Shown here: piece after piece, positions 59,972-64,000 of the stretch
How the letters are laid out: the number at the start of each line of letters is the position of its first letter
Position numbering within the stretch: the stretch's first letter is position 1
Assembly: GCA_946965045.2 (NCBI GenBank)
Contig: OX337239.1
Span: 62,001 to 126,000, forward strand
From: Epithemia pelagica
Taxonomy: Eukaryota; Protista; Bacillariophyta
Reading direction: 5' to 3'
DNA: 64,000 bases
Position numbers and translations under genes: made by a program
Notes under the pieces: generated by a model
What the model was told of the DNA's origin: nothing
Databases searched by the model: none
Seen by the model: the letters and a program-made list of their open reading frames with translations, nothing else

Positions 59972-61044
59972 GAGGAGAGGAAAAGAAGGCGAGTGACGAG
60001 GTGGAGAGGAGAGAGAAGATGGAAGATGGAGTACGTGGAGCCAGCATTGTCACGACTCTGTCGCAGTGTCCCAACTCCGAAATGAGGTAAGTGATGAATC
60101 GTTCGATGTGGGTTTGTTTCGGTATACAAGTGCAATTTGGATGCTGCGCGTGTGTGTCTGTGCGTCTCCTCTTCTGGAATGCTGGTGGTCGTGTTTGTGC
60201 TTGGGAGATGGAATACTCGTCATCGTCGTTGTCCTCGTGTTGGTTCGGAGAGTTGTTCTCCACAGTGCACCAACCAAAGTAAGCAAGCAAGCAATGCCGG
60301 CATGGAGAACGCCATGTTCCGTGTCACTGTCTGATCCGTCAACGACAAGGGACGACGGAGAGAAAAAGACTTTGTGTCTGCCGCCGTGGAGTCGCTTGAC
60401 GTGGGCGGATCCGACCGTGACACTGCGGAGGATGTCTGTGTTGCAAATGTCGTCGAGAGGCGGGTTTGTGCGTATGGGGATGTTGGGTTGTGTGCGGTGT
60501 TTCTGGGGTATGTGTTGCATCGACCGAAACGAAACAAAGCCACAGTGGCAATCACTACTCCTACGACGGCTCTGTTGGGGTGCGCATGTCGGAGTGCGTC
60601 GAATGGTTCGTTGGGGATGATGGACTCCCTGTGCGTGTGTGTTGTGTGTGTGTGTCGGTTCGGCTCGGCTCGGCTCGAACGGAATCCCTCCACACAAACC
60701 TTCGGCAGATACTAGTATACGGCGGACTGCGCGGGTGCATGGCCACGATACCACACACAGCCGCCGTCGGTGCTAGAATGGTACCCAACCACACCAGCAG
60801 GCCAACTGAGACGACGACGACGACGACGACGACGACGACAAGAGCCAGAAAAGACGGAATGGTTGGATCGAACGAATCTATATTACCTCGAATACTAGTA
60901 GCAAGAAATGAAACCCCTTGCTAGTTTGGTCCGCATTCCTCTGTTGGTGTTTTGTACTATTTTTGGTCGACGAACGGTTGCCGGTTCCAAATTCCATGAC
61001 AAGGATAGGATGATTAGTAGTATTCTTATTATCAGTAGTATGGG

Positions 61045-61842
61045 TTAGGCGCAACAACAGCAATAGGCTTCATTGGGATAGTTTTCGCGGGTCATGATAC
61101 CCGTTCGAATCTTGTCGTAGAACGAGCCATGCACGAGTCCCATACAAAAGAAGAAAAACAGGTGGGAGTGGCCATCACTGTCGTGAACCCAAAGCGAGCA
61201 AACTCCCACGACGTGATAGCAAATGGACGCCACCCAGTTACAGGTTGGATGGAATTGAAGGACGCCCACAAGTCCCAACAAGGCCACGACCACCTGTTGT
61301 GCAATAGGGCAACAACAAAAGGAACGCATCGACAAAAGCAATGCATCAAAGGTGAGAACAAGAGGTTGTGAGGACACGGGGCTGTTGGTTCTTTGATTCT
61401 TGTGGCGTACCTTGACCAAGTCCATGACAATCGGGTTCACGTATTGATGATCGTCTAGTAGGTTGTCGTTGTTGTCTTCATTCGTCGAAGTGTCTTTGTT
61501 CTTCCCTACTAACACGGATACCACGGAATTGAGGCCATCCAATAGATTCATGAGATTCATTACGATCAGCAGGATGCGGTCATCGCAACACCATGCACAA
61601 TCACTGCTACTACTAGGATCCTCCTCAGGTTCTTCGTGAGGTTGCTGTGGTGTACTAGATGGTGTGGTTGTGGGAGCCTCGTACTCGTCCTGGTTGTACT
61701 CCAGTCCCTGCATGGCACCAGGGCGTTCCTCGTCGTGATCATCCTGGCGGTGCGGATTGTTGTTGTTGTTGGTCGCGGTGGTGGTGGAGGAAGCCAAGAG
61801 AAAGTCTGTCTCTGGCTCGGGCGGTCCTTCCTTCCAGTTCAT
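61045..61842 (-). CDS. Hypothetical multi-pass membrane protein (tetraspanin-like layout); probable intron 61294..61410
   Basis: Start MNWKEG at 61842, hydrophobic segments RILLIVMNLMNLL, VVVALLGLVGVL and SICYHVVGVCSLW, and a phase-0 GT..AG intron in frame. Confidence 0.4.
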   Translation of the reverse strand: MNWKEGPPEPETDFLLASSTTTATNNNNNPHRQDDHDEERPGAMQGLEYNQDEYEAPTTTPSSTPQQPHEEPEEDPSSSSDCAWCCDDRILLIVMNLMNLLDGLNSVVSVLVGKNKDTSTNEDNNDNLLDDHQYVNPIVMDLVKVRHKNQRTNSPVSSQPLVLTFDALLLSMRSFCCCPIAQQVVVALLGLVGVLQFHPTCNWVASICYHVVGVCSLWVHDSDGHSHLFFFFCMGLVHGSFYDKIRTGIMTRENYPNEAYCCCCA

Positions 61843-61974
61843 GTTGTTACTTCGAGAGAGACGAATGATAGAAAAGAGAGAGAGAGAGAGAACAGAGACG
61901 AGACGACAATGGATTCTCCGCTCGATCTTTGTGAATGGGAAATGGACTCGGAAGCAGAAAGTGAAAGGAGCAAA

Positions 61975-62320
61975 TTTCGCACGACCCCGGCGTCGACTTT
62001 CGTAGTATTCGCGACCATTTGGGTTACACCCAAGCTTTTGAGCTTCAGAAAGGTCATTCTTGAACAAAACGAAATCATTGAGTCAACCGCTATGTGTGAG
62101 TGGTAGCTTGGGTATCTTTGTATCTTTTTCTGCGACCGCGATCTTTTACGCTGTCTCTACTCGGAAGCACAGAAGCCAATTTCGCACGACCGGCGTCGTC
62201 GTTGGATATTCGCGACCCCCCTTTACCTACACCCAGGCCGTCCGGCTTCAGAAAGGTTTCTGTTGAACAGTACAAAATAATTGATTCAGCCGCCATGGGT
62301 AGTGGGTATCTTTGCTTGCA
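61975..62320. repeat. Diverged direct repeat, ~200-bp spacing
   Basis: tttcgcacgacc..ggcgtcg...tattcgcgacc...tacaccca...gcttcagaaagg...ttgaaca...attga.tca.ccgc.atg...gggtatctttg occurs at ~61976 and ~62180. Confidence 0.8.
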
Positions 62321-64000
62321 GAAAAAGATACCCCCATGAATCTTTTTTTCGGACAGCGAGAGCGACCGCGGTCTATTACACTCATTTGGCTGAGAGGAAC
62401 CACCACCAAAAACATTCCAACGACCGACCGAACCATGGCCCTCCACGAGAGTGTGTGGGCCACCCCCTTTCGTTCCCCCGTGCACCGTATATTTGTTCTT
62501 GGAGGAGGAGGAGTAATACTCCTAGTAGCTACCTATATATTCTATCCATGGAATTGGAATGGTACATGCCCAATCCATAATGGCTCTTGGGACTGCGCCA
62601 CGCAATGTATGACACCAGCACGACACTGTCGATACTCATGACAGTAGAAGATTGTGGAGTCATTGCAGCAAGTGGAGGCATTGCAATTCTGGCACCCAAA
62701 CTTTTGATTCAACTCCGCAAGGCCGTTACAACAGTCATGCCCCACATTTGTCTCAAAACGCCTTGTCCACAACATCTTCTCGTCCCCTTGTGATTCCTCC
62801 CAGTGTACGGTTGTTGCAACGTCCAGGACCAATAATCACCATTCGAGCACAACTTTGCTGACATGGCTGTTCCTGCTCCTTCAAAAGCTTGTCGACAGTC
62901 ACTCCTGTCACAACTTCTTCCACACCATGGGCAGTTCCAGAGAATGCTGCTCGGACGGCACAACAAGACATGGCCGCTGGAACCGCTGCCGCAGCGGTTC
63001 TCATGGCTATGGCAGCTGCGCAACTACCAATCCCTTTTGCAGCTACCAAGATTTGGACGGCCTTTGCTTGGCGAGCATGATTCTTCCGAAAAATCACCAG
63101 CAAGCCAAACGTCAATCATCATCAAGGGTGCCAGATCCTCGGGGGTTGACCAAAGACTGGAACCACATCACATTTGGTTGAGAAACGTTTTGGAGGAACC
63201 ATTGTTGCTTTGCTGCTGCCGCGAACACGTCTGGAAGGAACATAGGGGATAAATTTGATGACGAATGGAGTGACTGGCGGTAGTTTTGGTTGTCGAGTGT
63301 CGTCGTCGACGGTTGTTGGGGCCAAAAAGTGAGGGCGACAAGCAAATGGTGGGTTCTGAAGGAATAGTATCGATTTCCGATTCCAACTCGGTAGTGAGGT
63401 CCAAAGGAATTGCTGATGATGAAAGAGGTTTGTATCACGAGGACCATGAGGCCACAGACACAAGGTCTTCAGCATACCACATAATAACAACCGGAGTACG
63501 GTGGACTGAACAGGGAAACGTTCGCATGGGAGTGTGTTTGACTGTCTGCAATGCCGCAGTGAACCAGTCGGTGCGTCGTCAACGAATCGATCCACTGCGT
63601 CCGGTTGGGAAAAAAAGGAGCCAAGAATTGCCAAAAGAGAGAGCGGGTAACTTTTGAGTGGCCCACGTTACAAGAATCATTCGACAGGCGAACGAACGTA
63701 CAAGACGTTAAACAAAACGGTCCTTCAATAATTATTCTTGAAGCCCAGACTATCGCATACCGATGCAGCGCACGCCGGGGATCAATTTAGGCGGAGGATC
63801 CTCACAATTTTGGCCGGTCTTCACAAGACCACCCAATCCGTATTGTTTTCGCGAGATCGAGAAGAAGTTTGTTCTTCAAATCTCTTTTACCCTAGAGTCC
63901 GCCCCATCTATTTGCACCGTAGAACGAGTTTGTAGAACACGTGAGGAGTAAGAGTCAGCGACGCTCTTATCGTGGAGTCTTGCTCCTGAAGATCATGGTC

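Noticed and set aside
62500-64000. Short ORFs at the right end as a gene
   Set aside because: No consistent frame, splice pattern or motif; possibly relic sequence.

Overview
Eukaryotic, intron-containing (GT-AG), microsatellite-rich genomic DNA, most likely from a pennate diatom. That assignment rests on a CoDi-like copia gag, bipartite plastid presequences on argB and psb28, RXL plus Lys-rich secreted proteins and diatom-style LRR proteins. Recognisable genes are a plastid N-acetylglutamate kinase, a BASS/SLC10 transporter, a nuclear psb28, an RNI-like LRR protein, a ~1800-aa G8/beta-helix (CEMIP/TMEM2/PKHD1-like) protein with carbohydrate-binding-type repeats, an ACC-synthase-like PLP enzyme and a FkbM-type methyltransferase. 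The most striking locus (7.1-10.7 kb) encodes a CslA/CslC-like processive GT2 polysaccharide synthase in one reading frame with a Stf0-like sulfotransferase domain, a candidate single-protein sulfated-glycan synthase. The window also holds two expanding families of stand-alone Kelch propeller genes: family A (four full copies and one truncated) has hypervariable loops, and family B has three degenerate copies. Both sit in duplicated spacer modules. Other elements are an LTR retrotransposon 5' end, a 606-bp MITE and a minus-strand mosaic of gene fragments (53.7-57 kb). Several genes carry single-base frameshifts, some in short homopolymers, which may be assembly errors. All protein family calls come from motif recognition by eye; no searches were run.
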